Origin: an uncultured Alphaproteobacteria bacterium | GTDB taxonomy: Bacteria > Pseudomonadota > Alphaproteobacteria > ATCC43930 > CGMCC-115725 | NCBI GenBank assembly: GCA_963703665.1 | Contig: CAVPFB010000003.1 | Location: forward strand, 740,588-804,587 | Length of the DNA: 64,000 nucleotides | Reading direction: 5' to 3' | In this document: one piece after another, positions 51,492 through 63,083 of the stretch | Layout: each line of letters starts with the position of its first letter | Numbering within the stretch: the stretch's first letter is position 1 | Made by a program: the position numbers and the translations under genes | The notes under the pieces: generated by a model | Seen by the model: the letters and a program-made list of their open reading frames with translations, nothing else | Databases searched by the model: none | What the model was told of the DNA's origin: nothing

Positions 51492-52670
51492 CTATTGCTT
51501 CATAGCCGCGCCCGCCATCAGCGCGACGAAGCGCTCGAACAGATAATGGCTGTCATGCGGGCCGGGGCTCGCCTCGGGATGGTATTGGACCGTGAACACC
51601 GGCTTGCCGACGACGCGAAAGCCCTCGTTGCCGTTGTCGAACAACGAGACATGAGTGGGCTCGACGCCCGGCGGCAGGCTGTCGGAATCGACGACAAAGC
51701 CGTGGTTCTGACTGGTGATCTCGACCGTGCCGGTGGCGAGGTCCTTGACCGGGTGATTGGCGCCGCGATGGCCGCGCACCATCTTGCGGGTCCGGCCGCC
51801 GAGCGCGAGCGCCATCAGCTGGTGGCCGAGACAGATCCCGAAGATCGGCTTGCCCGAGGCGATCAGCTCGCGCAGCACCGGCACGGCGTAGACGCCGGTC
51901 GCGGCCGGGTCGCCCGGCCCGTTCGACAGAAAAATGCCGTCCGGCCGATGGTGCAGGATGTCCTCCGCCGAGGCGATGGCGGGGACCACGGTCACCCGGC
52001 AGCCGTGCTGGGCCAGCATCCGCAAAATATTGCGCTTGGCGCCGTAGTCGATGGCGACGACGTGATGGTGCGGATCGCATTGCCGGCCATAGCCGCCCTC
52101 GCGCCGCCACACCGTCTCGTCCCACGCGTAGCTCTGCCGGCAGGTGACCTCGGCGGCGAGGTCCATCCCTTCGAGACCGGGCCAGGCCACGGCACGGGCA
52201 TGGAGCGGGGCAATGTCGAGCGGCCGCTGCGGGTCGTGGGCGAGGACGCCGTTAGGGGCCCCCCGATCGCGGATCAGCCGGGTCAGCCGCCGCGTGTCGA
52301 CACCCGAAATCCCAATGAGACCGCGCGCTTCGAGCCAGCCGTCGAGCGGCCCGGTGGCGCGCCAATTGGCCGGCCCGGTGATTTTGCTGCGAACGACCAG
52401 CCCGCGTGCGGCCGGCGTCGCGGTTTCGAGATCCTCCGGATTGGTCCCGATGTTGCCGATATGCGGAAAGGTGAAGTTAATGATTTGGGCGGCATAAGAG
52501 GGGTCGGTCAGGATCTCCTGGTAGCCGGTCATCGCGGTGTTGAAGCAGACCTCGCCGACCACCGCGCCGCGCGCACCGAAGCCGCTGCCCCAAAACACCG
52601 TGCCGTCGGCGAGGACCAGCGCGGCGTTGCAGTCGGGCGGTTGCGGCGACGGGTCGCGCATTTGGAGCAT
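51492..52670 (-). CDS. carA: carbamoyl-phosphate synthase small (glutamine amidotransferase) subunit
   Basis: ..FNTAMTGYQEILTDPSY.., ..GICLGHQL.. catalytic Cys, ..QYHPEASPGPHD... Confidence 0.95.
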   Translation of the reverse strand: MLQMRDPSPQPPDCNAALVLADGTVFWGSGFGARGAVVGEVCFNTAMTGYQEILTDPSYAAQIINFTFPHIGNIGTNPEDLETATPAARGLVVRSKITGPANWRATGPLDGWLEARGLIGISGVDTRRLTRLIRDRGAPNGVLAHDPQRPLDIAPLHARAVAWPGLEGMDLAAEVTCRQSYAWDETVWRREGGYGRQCDPHHHVVAIDYGAKRNILRMLAQHGCRVTVVPAIASAEDILHHRPDGIFLSNGPGDPAATGVYAVPVLRELIASGKPIFGICLGHQLMALALGGRTRKMVRGHRGANHPVKDLATGTVEITSQNHGFVVDSDSLPPGVEPTHVSLFDNGNEGFRVVGKPVFTVQYHPEASPGPHDSHYLFERFVALMAGAAMKQ

Positions 52671-52876
52671 ATCCGCTGGGCAAACCGCGAGCCGCCCAGT
52701 GTCGGCGACGGGGTGGCGGGCGGAACTGCGCAGAGATAACCGGTCGGATGCTGGCGGTCAACCCCTTCTCGTCCAGAACTTGACGCGGTTTCAAGCACTT
52801 AGGATCGAACGTGCGGAATTGCCGCGAGTGGTGAAACACGGTAGGGTAATCTTTCCATCAGAATGGAAGCGCACCG

Positions 52877-53332
52877 ATGCTGCGTCAGGCCTTCACCGAC
52901 CGGCTCAAAGGGGCGATGAAGGCACGAGATGCGCGCACCGTCTCGACCGTGCGGCTGATCCTGGCCGGGCTCAAAGACCGCGACGTCGCCGCCCGCGGTG
53001 AGGGCAACGCCGAGGGTATCTCCGATCCCGAGGTCGCGCGGATGCTGCAGGCGATGATCAAGCAGCGCCGCGAATCGATCACGCTCTACGAGCAGGGCAA
53101 CCGCGCCGATCTGGCGCAGCAGGAGCGTGACGAGATCGCGATCATCGAAAGCTTTCTGCCACGCCAGCTGAACGAAGATCAGATCGCCGCGGCGGCGCAG
53201 GCGGCGATTGCCGAGACCGGGGCCGCCGGCATCCGCGACATGGGTCGAGTTATGGCAGCGTTGCGCGAACGCTATGCCGGCGTCATCGATTTCAGCCGCG
53301 CCGGGCCGATCGTCAAGCGGCTGCTGGGCTAG
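52877..53332 (+). CDS. GatB/YqeY domain-containing protein
   Basis: 151 aa. MLRQAFTDRLKGAMKARD......VRLILAGLKDRD... Confidence 0.85.
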   Translation: MLRQAFTDRLKGAMKARDARTVSTVRLILAGLKDRDVAARGEGNAEGISDPEVARMLQAMIKQRRESITLYEQGNRADLAQQERDEIAIIESFLPRQLNEDQIAAAAQAAIAETGAAGIRDMGRVMAALRERYAGVIDFSRAGPIVKRLLG

Positions 53333-53416
53333 AGCGGCGTGAGGTCAATGCCAGCCGATATAATCCTCCGTCTCCCGCGTTGCGGGAGAGGTGCAAAGCG
53401 TCCCCTCCGCTAGCCG

Positions 53417-55207
53417 ATGGCGTTTCCGCCGGGTTTTCTCGACGAATTGCGCGGCCGCGTGTCGCTGGCGGATTTGGTCGGCCGTCGCGTCAAGCTCGCC
53501 CGGCGCGGGCGCGAACATGTCGGGCTCTGCCCGTTCCACCACGAAAAAACGCCATCCTTCTACGTCGTCGGGGACAAGAACTTCTTTCACTGCTTCGGCT
53601 GCGGCGCGCATGGCGACGCGATCGGTTTTGTGATGCGCGCCGAGCACCTCGATTTTCTCGAAGCGGTCGAGAACTTGGCCGGCGAAGCCGGGCTCGTGGT
53701 CCCGCAGGCAACGCCGGAGGAGCGCGAGCGGGCGCAGCGGCAAAAGACCCTGCTCGAAACCCTCGAAGCCGCCGCCGGCTTTTACGAGGCCGGGCTGTGG
53801 GCGCCGGCCGGCAATCGGGCGCGCGACTATCTAGAGAGCCGCGGGCTCGACCCCGACACGATCCGCCGCTTTCGCCTGGGCTGGGCGCCGGATGACCGGC
53901 AGGCGCTGCGGCGCGCGCTCGCGAGCGATTATCCCGAGGCGCTGCTGATCGAAGCCGGCTTGCTGCATCGCCCGCAGGAAGGCGAGCCGTTCGACTATTT
54001 CCGCAGCCGGGTGATGTTTCCGATCGGCGACCGCGCCGGCCGGGTGATCGCCTTCGGCGGCCGGGTGATCGCAGACGGACAGCCCAAATACCTGAATTCC
54101 CCGGAGAGCCCGCTGTTTGCGAAGGGGCATGTGCTCTACGGCTGGTCGGCGGCGCGCGCCGGCGGAGGGAGCGCGGCGGACGCGATCGTCACCGAGGGCT
54201 ATATGGACGTGATCGCGCTGCACCGCGCCGGGTTCACGACCGCGGTCGCTCCGCTCGGCACGGCGCTGACCGAATTCCAGCTGCAGGAGCTGTGGCGCCT
54301 GGGGCGGGAGCCGATCCTGTGCTTCGACGGCGACGCCGCCGGAGAACGCGCCGCGGTGCGGGCATTGCGGCGGGCCTTGCCGTTGCTGCGGCCGGGCCAC
54401 AGCCTGCGCTTTGCCGGCCTGCCCGCGGGCGAGGACCCGGACTCGTTGATCCGGACCGCCGGGACCGCCGCCTTCGATCAGGTCCTGGCCGCGGCCCGAC
54501 CGCTTTCGCGCATGCTCTGGGACGTCGAGCTCGGCGCCGGACCGGCGGACACCCCCGAACGGCGCGCTGATCTGGAGCGCCGCCTGACCGAGGACGTGGG
54601 GTTGATCGGCGACCGCACGGTGCAGGCCGAATATCGACGCTTTGTTCGCCGGAGGCTTTACGAGACCAGCCGCTCGGCGCCACCCCGACCGCGCCACCCG
54701 ATGCATCTGCGCCCCTCTTTCGTCAGCGACGGGCCGGGGCCGCCGCCGCGCGCGCCGGGGCGCCCGCAGCGGGAAATTCTGTTTCGCATCCTGCTCCGGT
54801 CGCCGGCGCTGATCGACGAAGTCGCCGAGCAGTTCGCGGCCCTCGACATCCCCGAGCCGACGCTTGACAAGCTTCGCCATGAAATTTTAGAGATCGAGGC
54901 TCTACGCCCGGGGCTTGACGCCTCGGCGCTCCGGCAACACCTTCTCTTGAACGGGTTTGCAGCGACCGTGGATGCGCTCCTCTCGCCTTCGGTCGATTCG
55001 GGCTTTCTGGTCCGGCGTTCGGATTCGCGCTTGGCTCGCGACGAATGGGCCCATGTGATCGGAATGCTGATGGGAGCTCACCATTCGGCTTTGACGGAAG
55101 CCAGCAATCACCTGATCCACGAGGTTTCGGCGGCGAGCTGGGAGCGCTTTCTGGCGGCCAGGGAGCAGATCTTGCGGGAGGGTCGGAGCGATGACGAACC
55201 GGTGTGA
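53417..55207 (+). CDS. dnaG: DNA primase
   Basis: Zinc ribbon [32 protein letters not shown] ..[11 protein letters not shown].., ..[11 protein letters not shown]... Confidence 0.95.
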   Translation: MAFPPGFLDELRGRVSLADLVGRRVKLARRGREHVGLCPFHHEKTPSFYVVGDKNFFHCFGCGAHGDAIGFVMRAEHLDFLEAVENLAGEAGLVVPQATPEERERAQRQKTLLETLEAAAGFYEAGLWAPAGNRARDYLESRGLDPDTIRRFRLGWAPDDRQALRRALASDYPEALLIEAGLLHRPQEGEPFDYFRSRVMFPIGDRAGRVIAFGGRVIADGQPKYLNSPESPLFAKGHVLYGWSAARAGGGSAADAIVTEGYMDVIALHRAGFTTAVAPLGTALTEFQLQELWRLGREPILCFDGDAAGERAAVRALRRALPLLRPGHSLRFAGLPAGEDPDSLIRTAGTAAFDQVLAAARPLSRMLWDVELGAGPADTPERRADLERRLTEDVGLIGDRTVQAEYRRFVRRRLYETSRSAPPRPRHPMHLRPSFVSDGPGPPPRAPGRPQREILFRILLRSPALIDEVAEQFAALDIPEPTLDKLRHEILEIEALRPGLDASALRQHLLLNGFAATVDALLSPSVDSGFLVRRSDSRLARDEWAHVIGMLMGAHHSALTEASNHLIHEVSAASWERFLAAREQILREGRSDDEPV

Positions 55208-55314
55208 CCCGGCCTCGCAATCGAGCCGAGACTGCGGACGGCGGACCCGATGCGCGGAAATTTTTGCGTTCGGCCTGGGCTGGGCCGGTGCGAAACCTGT
55301 TTAGGGATGGTGGA

Positions 55315-57328
<2,014 letters not shown>

Positions 57329-57347
57329 CCGCGGTCTCGGGTCACGA

Positions 57348-57419
57348 GATCGCTTCGCTGCGCTCGCAATGACATCGGTACCCAATTGTCATTGCAAGGA
57401 GCGGAGCGACGAAGCAATC
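57348..57419. repeat. REP-A element, copy 3 (GATCGCTTCGCTGCGCTCGCAATGAC - 14 nt - GTCATTGCAAGGAGCGGAGCGACGAAGCAATC)
   Basis: Inverted repeat 20 nt after the rpoD stop; may double as a terminator hairpin. Confidence 0.85.
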
Positions 57420-57439
57420 CCGTTGGATTGGTTGGTCAA

Positions 57440-57516
57440 GGGCCCGTAGTTCAGTTGGTCAGAACGCGCCGCTCATAACGGTGTAGTCGCAGGTTCGAGT
57501 CCTGCCGGGCCTACCA
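57440..57516 (+). tRNA. tRNA with CAU anticodon (elongator tRNA-Met, or tRNA-Ile2 if lysidinylated)
   Basis: 77-nt cloverleaf folded by hand: acceptor GGGCCCG/CGGGCCT, D arm GTTC..GAAC, anticodon arm CGCCG-CTCATAA-CGGTG, T arm GCAGG-TTCGAGT-CCTGC, encoded CCA. Confidence 0.9.
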
Positions 57517-57561
57517 TTACCGGGCGTGCCGACGACGGCGCGCCGCAGCCGGGAGGGGGCC

Positions 57562-58627
57562 ATGACAGCAGAGCGCAGCGAACATCCGACCGTTCATTTC
57601 GTCGGCAGCATCCCGCTCCCCGATGCCGAAACCGTGTTCCGCACGCTTACCGCTGCGGCGGGACCGTATTTGCTGCGCCTGCCTGATGGTGAGACCGGCA
57701 TCCGCAAGACCTGGATCCGCTTTTTGCAGGATGTGCTCGCCGGAAACCCGGCGATCGAGCGGGCCGAGGACGTGCCGCCGTTCAAGTTCACGCAATGGGA
57801 CGGCAAGGTGCTGCGCGAAATCCCGCGACTGCGGCTGCGGGCCGGCGCCACGCCCGATCCCGCGACTTTCACCACCGGCTATGCCGATATGGCGATCGCC
57901 TCCTGGAGTGTGTTCGACCGGCTGCAGAAAGCCGGGATCATCCCGCCCAAGGTCAAGTTCCAGGTTTCGCTGCCGACTCCGATCGCGCCCACCTACAACA
58001 ACATGGTGCCCTCCGACCGGCCGGCGCTGCTGCCCGCTCTGACCGCGCATTTCATGGCCGAGGTAGCGAAGATCGCCGACGCGATCCCCAATGACCGCAT
58101 CGCGCTGCAGTGGGATGTGTGCCAGGAGGTGCTGGCCTGGGAAGGCTATTACGAACCGGGGCCGGTCGATTTTCGCGCTGAGACGATCGAAATCCTGACC
58201 GCGATCGGTGACGGCGTGCCGGCCGCGATCGAGATCGGCTACCACCTTTGCTACGGCAGCCCGGCCGACGAGCACTGCGTGCAGCCGAAGGACACGTCGA
58301 TCATGGTCGAGATGACCAATGCGATCGCCGCCGGCGTGACGCGCCCGATCCAGTTCTTCCACATGCCGGTGCCGAAGGAGCGCACCGACGACGCCTATTT
58401 TGCCCCGCTCGAAGACCTGCGCCTCGACCCGGCGACCGAGCTGTACCTCGGCCTGATCCATTACAATGATGGCGCAGGTGATGCTGCGCGGCTCGCCGCG
58501 GCGCGGCGCCACGCCCGGGTCGACGGCGTCGCCACCGAATGCGGAATGGCGCGCGGCGATCCCGCGCGGCTTACTGCGATGCTCGCCAGCACACGTCCGC
58601 GCCGCCCAAACAGCCGCCGGGGTATAG
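57562..58627 (+). pseudogene. MetE/UROD-like TIM-barrel family hypothetical protein, apparent +1 frameshift near the 3' end
   Basis: ATG 57562 (GGGAGGGGG upstream). ..IGYHLCYGSPADEH... After ..ARLTAMLAS the ORF becomes R/S/P-rich junk. The +1 frame from about 58592 gives the natural tail HVRAAQTAAGV-stop (TAG 58625-58627). Confidence 0.6.
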
Positions 58628-58705
58628 AACCGACGCGATCGAGCCGAAGCCAACCGCGCTGTAGCGCGATCGGCTGCTCTCGAGTGGCTAATCACAATGC
58701 ACCGA

Positions 58706-58739
58706 GGTGTTAGCCGCAGGTTCGAGTCTTGCCAAGCCT
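58706..58739 (+). other. degenerate copy of the 3' half of the tRNA at 57440-57516 (att-like scar / tRNA fragment)
   Basis: GGTGTTAGCCGCAGGTTCGAGTCTTGCCAAGCCT versus tRNA 57480-57512 GGTGT-AGTCGCAGGTTCGAGTCCTGCCGGGCCT. No matching 5' half upstream. Confidence 0.7.
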
Positions 58740-58826
58740 GTAATTTCTTATCCTGATTGAGATGGCTCCCCATTTTTGTGGACGGTGAACCGACCCAAGC
58801 GCCGGTAATTTGGGAAGATTTTCCTA

Positions 58827-59834
58827 ATGAGTTCCTTCAAGGCAGAAGTTCTCGATAGCTTGCTCCCTGACTCACGAGTTGGTAACCGCTATCCGCGGAA
58901 TTGCCGAAGGCAAAGGCAGGCAAAACTTCTTCAAACAGCAGGCGCCGGAGGTGCTGGAGAATCTGCGGCAGGTCGCTATCATTGAAAGCGCCGAGTCGTC
59001 AAACCGGCTCGAAGGTGTCACCTTGCCGCGCACCGCCATAGAGGCTCTTGTCCGTCGAAACGAAGATCCTAAGCGCGACAACCGCTCAGAGGGTGAAATC
59101 GCCGGATACTGAAAATGTGCTAAGACTTATCCACGAGCGGCACGATTACATGCCGTTGACACCCAATCTGCTACTACAGCTTCACCGTGATCTGTTCCAA
59201 TTTGTCGGCGGTTCGAATACCGGCATTTGGAAGTTGACCGGCAACATGATAACCGAAACACGCCCCGATAGTTCCCGGTTTGTGCGCTTTACACCTACAC
59301 CAGCTTGGCGAACAGCGGATGCAATTGAGGAACTCCATCGAGAGTTCACCAAAGCGGGTGACAGCGAAGTAGATCCTGTAATTCTGATAGCCCTGTATGT
59401 TCTAGATTTCCTGTGTATTCATCCTTTCCTTGACGGTAATGGTCGGATGGTAAGATTGTTGACGGTGTTATTGCTTTATAATGAAGAATACGAAGTCGCC
59501 CGCTATATCTCTCTAGAGCGATTGATCGCAGGGGTGGCACTCCAGCTCACACAACCCGATGCCTTGGGTTTCATATTTCCTCGGCATTGTGCGCGCCGCT
59601 TACGATGAGTTCTTACGCAAGGTTGGGGAGCTTCGCGATGGGCGCGGTATGAAGACGCAACTGGTTCTCCAGGCGCTCGATCAGATGATCGGCGATTTTT
59701 CGGTTTCCGAACTGCATCAACGCTGTCCGAGCGTCGGATGGGATATGCTGCGCCATGTGTTGCGCGCAGAGCGTGATGCAAGCCGTCTTAGAGCAGTGGG
59801 CCGAGGTCGCGGCGCGCGCTGGCGGAAGACATGA
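58827..59834 (+). pseudogene. Fic/DOC family protein, decayed (two frameshifts plus an internal deletion)
   Basis: Fic motif HPFLDGNGRMVR in ORF 59048..59608, N-terminal ..SSNRLEGV.. in ORF 58879..59112, C-terminal ..SQGWHSSSHNPMPWVSYFLGIVRAAYDEF.. in ORF 59559..59834. Breaks at about 58868, 59108 and 59527. The segment normally between ISLE..I and SSQGWH is missing. G+C lower by eye. Confidence 0.75.
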
Positions 59835-59865
59835 GCGCGTTTGATCTAGCGGATGGAGGAAACAA

Positions 59866-59919
59866 GGGGGTAATGCTGGGGTCTTGATTACCCCCTTTCC
59901 GAAGATATTACCCCCTTTC
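59866..59919. repeat. hairpin GGGGGTAAT-12 nt-ATTACCCCC followed by a second direct copy of ATTACCCCCTTTC
   Basis: Read directly. 13-mers at 59887-59899 and 59907-59919. Located between the converging Fic pseudogene and the RND pump gene. Confidence 0.8.
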
Positions 59920-59983
59920 GATTTGAAGCCAGGTCTCGACCGATTGGGACCTCCGGCTTTCGGGCCAGCGGAAAAGTGGCCGC

Positions 59984-62900
59984 TCAGGAAACCTGCGCGA
60001 GCTCGCGAGTCCGGGTCGACTGCGCGGCGGCGAGGTGGTCCTTGGCCAGCACGGTGTAGACTGCAGGCAACACGAACAGCGTAAACAGGGTCCCGATCGA
60101 CATGCCGGCGACGACGACGACGCCGATCGAAAAGCGGCTCGCCGCCCCGGCCCCGCTCGCGGTCAGCAGCGGCACCAGCCCGACCACCATCGCCGCGGTC
60201 GTCATCAGGATCGGGCGCAATCGCACCCGTGCGGCCTGCTCGATCGCCCGCCGCCGGTCGAGCTTTTCGCTGACCTGCAATTCATTGGCGAAGGCGACCA
60301 TCAGGATGCCGTGCTTGCTGATCAGGCCGATCAGGGTCACGAGCCCGACCTGGGTATAGATGTTCATCGTCGCCAGGCCGAAGAACAGCGGCATCATCGC
60401 GCCGCAGATCGACATCGGCACGCTGACCAGGATCACCAGCGGATCGCGCAGGCTCTCGAACAGCGCCGCCAAGACCAGGAAGATGATGATCAGCGCAAAG
60501 ACGAAGGTGACCGCGAGCTGGTTGCCCTCACGCACATAAAGCCTCGTATCCGACAGATAATCGTGGCTGAAGCCGACCGGCAGCAGTTTCGCCTGGGCTT
60601 CGAGAAAATCGACCGCCTGGCCGGTCGTCACCCCGGGCATCGGCACCGCCTGGAAGGTCGCCGAATTTAATTGGTTGTATTGCGTCAGCGCGTTGGGCTC
60701 GGTGCTGGTCTGCAAACTGACCAGGTTGGACAGCGGCACCGGCTGGCCCGCAGCGGATTTGACGTAATAGCGGCTCAAGGTCCCCGCGTTCAGCCGATCG
60801 GCCCGCGGCACCTGTGGGATCACCTCATAGGATCGGCCGTTCAAATTGAACCAATTGACATAGTTCTCGCCGACCAGCAGCGCCAGGGTATCGCCGATCG
60901 ACTGCATCGTGACCCCGAGCTCGTTGGCCTTGGAGCGGTCGATGTTGACATTGATCACCGGCTGGTTGAAATCGAGGTCGCTGTCGACGACGATGAACAT
61001 GCCGCTCTTGCGCGCTGCGGCTTTGATCTTCTCCATCTGCAGGTAAACATTTTTGTAGGCGCTGGGCGAATAGATCACCATCTGGATCGGCAACCCGCCG
61101 ATCGTCGCCGGCAGCGGCGGCAGATTGAACACGAAGGCGCGCAGGCCCTCGACTGAGTTGACCTTTTGCTGGATCAGCGGCTTCAGCTGCTGCGCCGAGC
61201 GCGACCGCTCCCCCCACGGTTTCAAAATCACCCCGGCAATCCCCTGGTTCGGCCCCAAATTGCCGTTGACGATAAACCGCAGATAGGTCTCGGGGAACGA
61301 GGCGAAAGCGTGATCGAGCTTGTGATCATAGGCCTCGGAATAGTCGAGATTGGCGTATTGCGGCGCCTTGGTCACCGCGAACAGCACGCCCTGGTCCTCT
61401 TCCGGCGCGAGTTCGGAACTGGTATGCAGGTACATGAAAACGAGGCTCGCCAGCACCGCGGCACCGAACAGGGCGGTTACCGGGCGGTAGTCGAGCGAGC
61501 GTTCAAGGCGGCGACCATACCAGCCGGCCAGCCGCGAAAAGGCGCGGTCGATCAGCCCGACAAAACGGCCGTGCAGCATCTCGCGGGAGAGCAGCAGCGA
61601 GCACATCATCGGCGACAAGGTCACCGCGACGACGCCCGAGATGATGACCGCGCCGGCCAGCGTGAAGGCGAACTCGCGGAACAGGGCACCCGTGACCCCG
61701 CCGAGAAAGCCGATCGGCGCATAGACGGCGGCCAAGGTCAGCGTCATCGAGATGACCGGGCTGGCGATCTCGCGGGCGCCGATCAGCGCCGCCTGCGCCG
61801 GGGTGCGGCCTTGCTCGATGTGGCGATAGACGTTTTCGACGACGACAATCGCATCGTCGACAACGAGCCCGATCGCCAGCACCATCGCCAGCAGCGTCAA
61901 CAGGTTCAGGCTGAACCCGAGAGACGCCATGATGATCCCGGCGCCGACCAGGGACAGCGGAATGGTCACGATCGGGATCACCACGGCGCGCAGGCTGCCG
62001 AGGAACAGGAAGATCACCGCGACGACGATGACGACAGCCGATCCGAGCGATGATTCGACCTCGTCGATCGAAGCCTGGATGAACTTGGTCGAGTTGTAGG
62101 CGACCTGCATATTGACCGAGGGCGGCAGGTTGCGCTTGATCTCGGGCAACAGCGCGCGCACGCCCTTGACCAAAGTCAGCGGATTGCCCGATGGGGTCGC
62201 CTGGATGCCGATGAACACGGCGTGGCGCCCGTTCATCATGACGCTCGAGGTCCAGCTCTGCGCCGAGAGATCGACGGTGGCGATGTCCCTCATCCGCACC
62301 ACGGCGCCGCTCTTGGCCTTGACGACCATGTTCTCGAACTGCGCGACATCGGTCAGCCCGGTGTTGGCGCTGACGTTGGTGATGGTGAAATAGCCTTTGG
62401 CCTGGCCCGGCGCCGACTGGTAGTTGTTGGCCTGGATCGCGGCGGCGACGTCGCTGGCCGAGATCCCGCGCGCCGCCATCCGCGCCGGATCGAGCCACAG
62501 CCGCATCGCAAAGGTCTGGCCGCCGAGAATGTCGGCCGAAGCCACACCATCGACCGTGTCCATCAGCGGCTGCACCACCCGGGTCAGGTAATCTGAAATC
62601 GCGGCGCTCGAGATTTCATTGCTCGAAAAGCCGATATACATCACGTCCGTGGTCTGGCCTGTCGCCTTGACGATGATCGGGTCCTGAGACCCGGTCGGCA
62701 GCAGGTATTTGACCTGCTGGACCTTGGCCATGACCTCGGTCAACGCTCTGTCCGGATCGTAATTGAGCTGGATATAGGCGACGATCGTGCTGGTCCCTTG
62801 GACCGAGGACGAGGTCAGATAGTCGATGCCCTCCGCGGTCGCCACGGCCTGGGCGATCGGCGTCGTGATGAAGCCCTGCATCAGATCGGGCGAGGCGCCG

Positions 62901-63055
62901 GGATAGAGCGTGGTGATCGTGATCGTCGTGTTCGACAGCTTGGGATATTGCCGGATCGGCAGCCCCATCATCGCGCGCAGCCCGATCAGCAGGATCAACA
63001 GGCTGACGACCAGCGCCAGAACCGGACGGCGGATAAAGACGTCGGTGAACGACAT
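59984..63055 (-). CDS. RND efflux transporter permease (AcrB/MdtB family)
   Basis: 1023 aa from MSFTDVFIRRPVLALVVSLLILLIGL... Start at ATG 63055 within ORF 59984..63232. Confidence 0.92.
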   Translation of the reverse strand: MSFTDVFIRRPVLALVVSLLILLIGLRAMMGLPIRQYPKLSNTTITITTLYPGASPDLMQGFITTPIAQAVATAEGIDYLTSSSVQGTSTIVAYIQLNYDPDRALTEVMAKVQQVKYLLPTGSQDPIIVKATGQTTDVMYIGFSSNEISSAAISDYLTRVVQPLMDTVDGVASADILGGQTFAMRLWLDPARMAARGISASDVAAAIQANNYQSAPGQAKGYFTITNVSANTGLTDVAQFENMVVKAKSGAVVRMRDIATVDLSAQSWTSSVMMNGRHAVFIGIQATPSGNPLTLVKGVRALLPEIKRNLPPSVNMQVAYNSTKFIQASIDEVESSLGSAVVIVVAVIFLFLGSLRAVVIPIVTIPLSLVGAGIIMASLGFSLNLLTLLAMVLAIGLVVDDAIVVVENVYRHIEQGRTPAQAALIGAREIASPVISMTLTLAAVYAPIGFLGGVTGALFREFAFTLAGAVIISGVVAVTLSPMMCSLLLSREMLHGRFVGLIDRAFSRLAGWYGRRLERSLDYRPVTALFGAAVLASLVFMYLHTSSELAPEEDQGVLFAVTKAPQYANLDYSEAYDHKLDHAFASFPETYLRFIVNGNLGPNQGIAGVILKPWGERSRSAQQLKPLIQQKVNSVEGLRAFVFNLPPLPATIGGLPIQMVIYSPSAYKNVYLQMEKIKAAARKSGMFIVVDSDLDFNQPVINVNIDRSKANELGVTMQSIGDTLALLVGENYVNWFNLNGRSYEVIPQVPRADRLNAGTLSRYYVKSAAGQPVPLSNLVSLQTSTEPNALTQYNQLNSATFQAVPMPGVTTGQAVDFLEAQAKLLPVGFSHDYLSDTRLYVREGNQLAVTFVFALIIIFLVLAALFESLRDPLVILVSVPMSICGAMMPLFFGLATMNIYTQVGLVTLIGLISKHGILMVAFANELQVSEKLDRRRAIEQAARVRLRPILMTTAAMVVGLVPLLTASGAGAASRFSIGVVVVAGMSIGTLFTLFVLPAVYTVLAKDHLAAAQSTRTRELAQVS

Positions 63056-63083
63056 GGATCGCTGGCGCCCCTGCCGTCGCCGG

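Noticed and set aside
50484-52739. 751-aa plus-strand ORF
   Set aside because: Composite shadow frame overlapping the SDR gene (other frame) and antisense to carA. R/G-rich.
58706-58739. Second functional tRNA gene
   Set aside because: Only the variable-loop/T-arm/3'-acceptor half is present. No complementary 5' acceptor strand, D arm or anticodon arm lies upstream.
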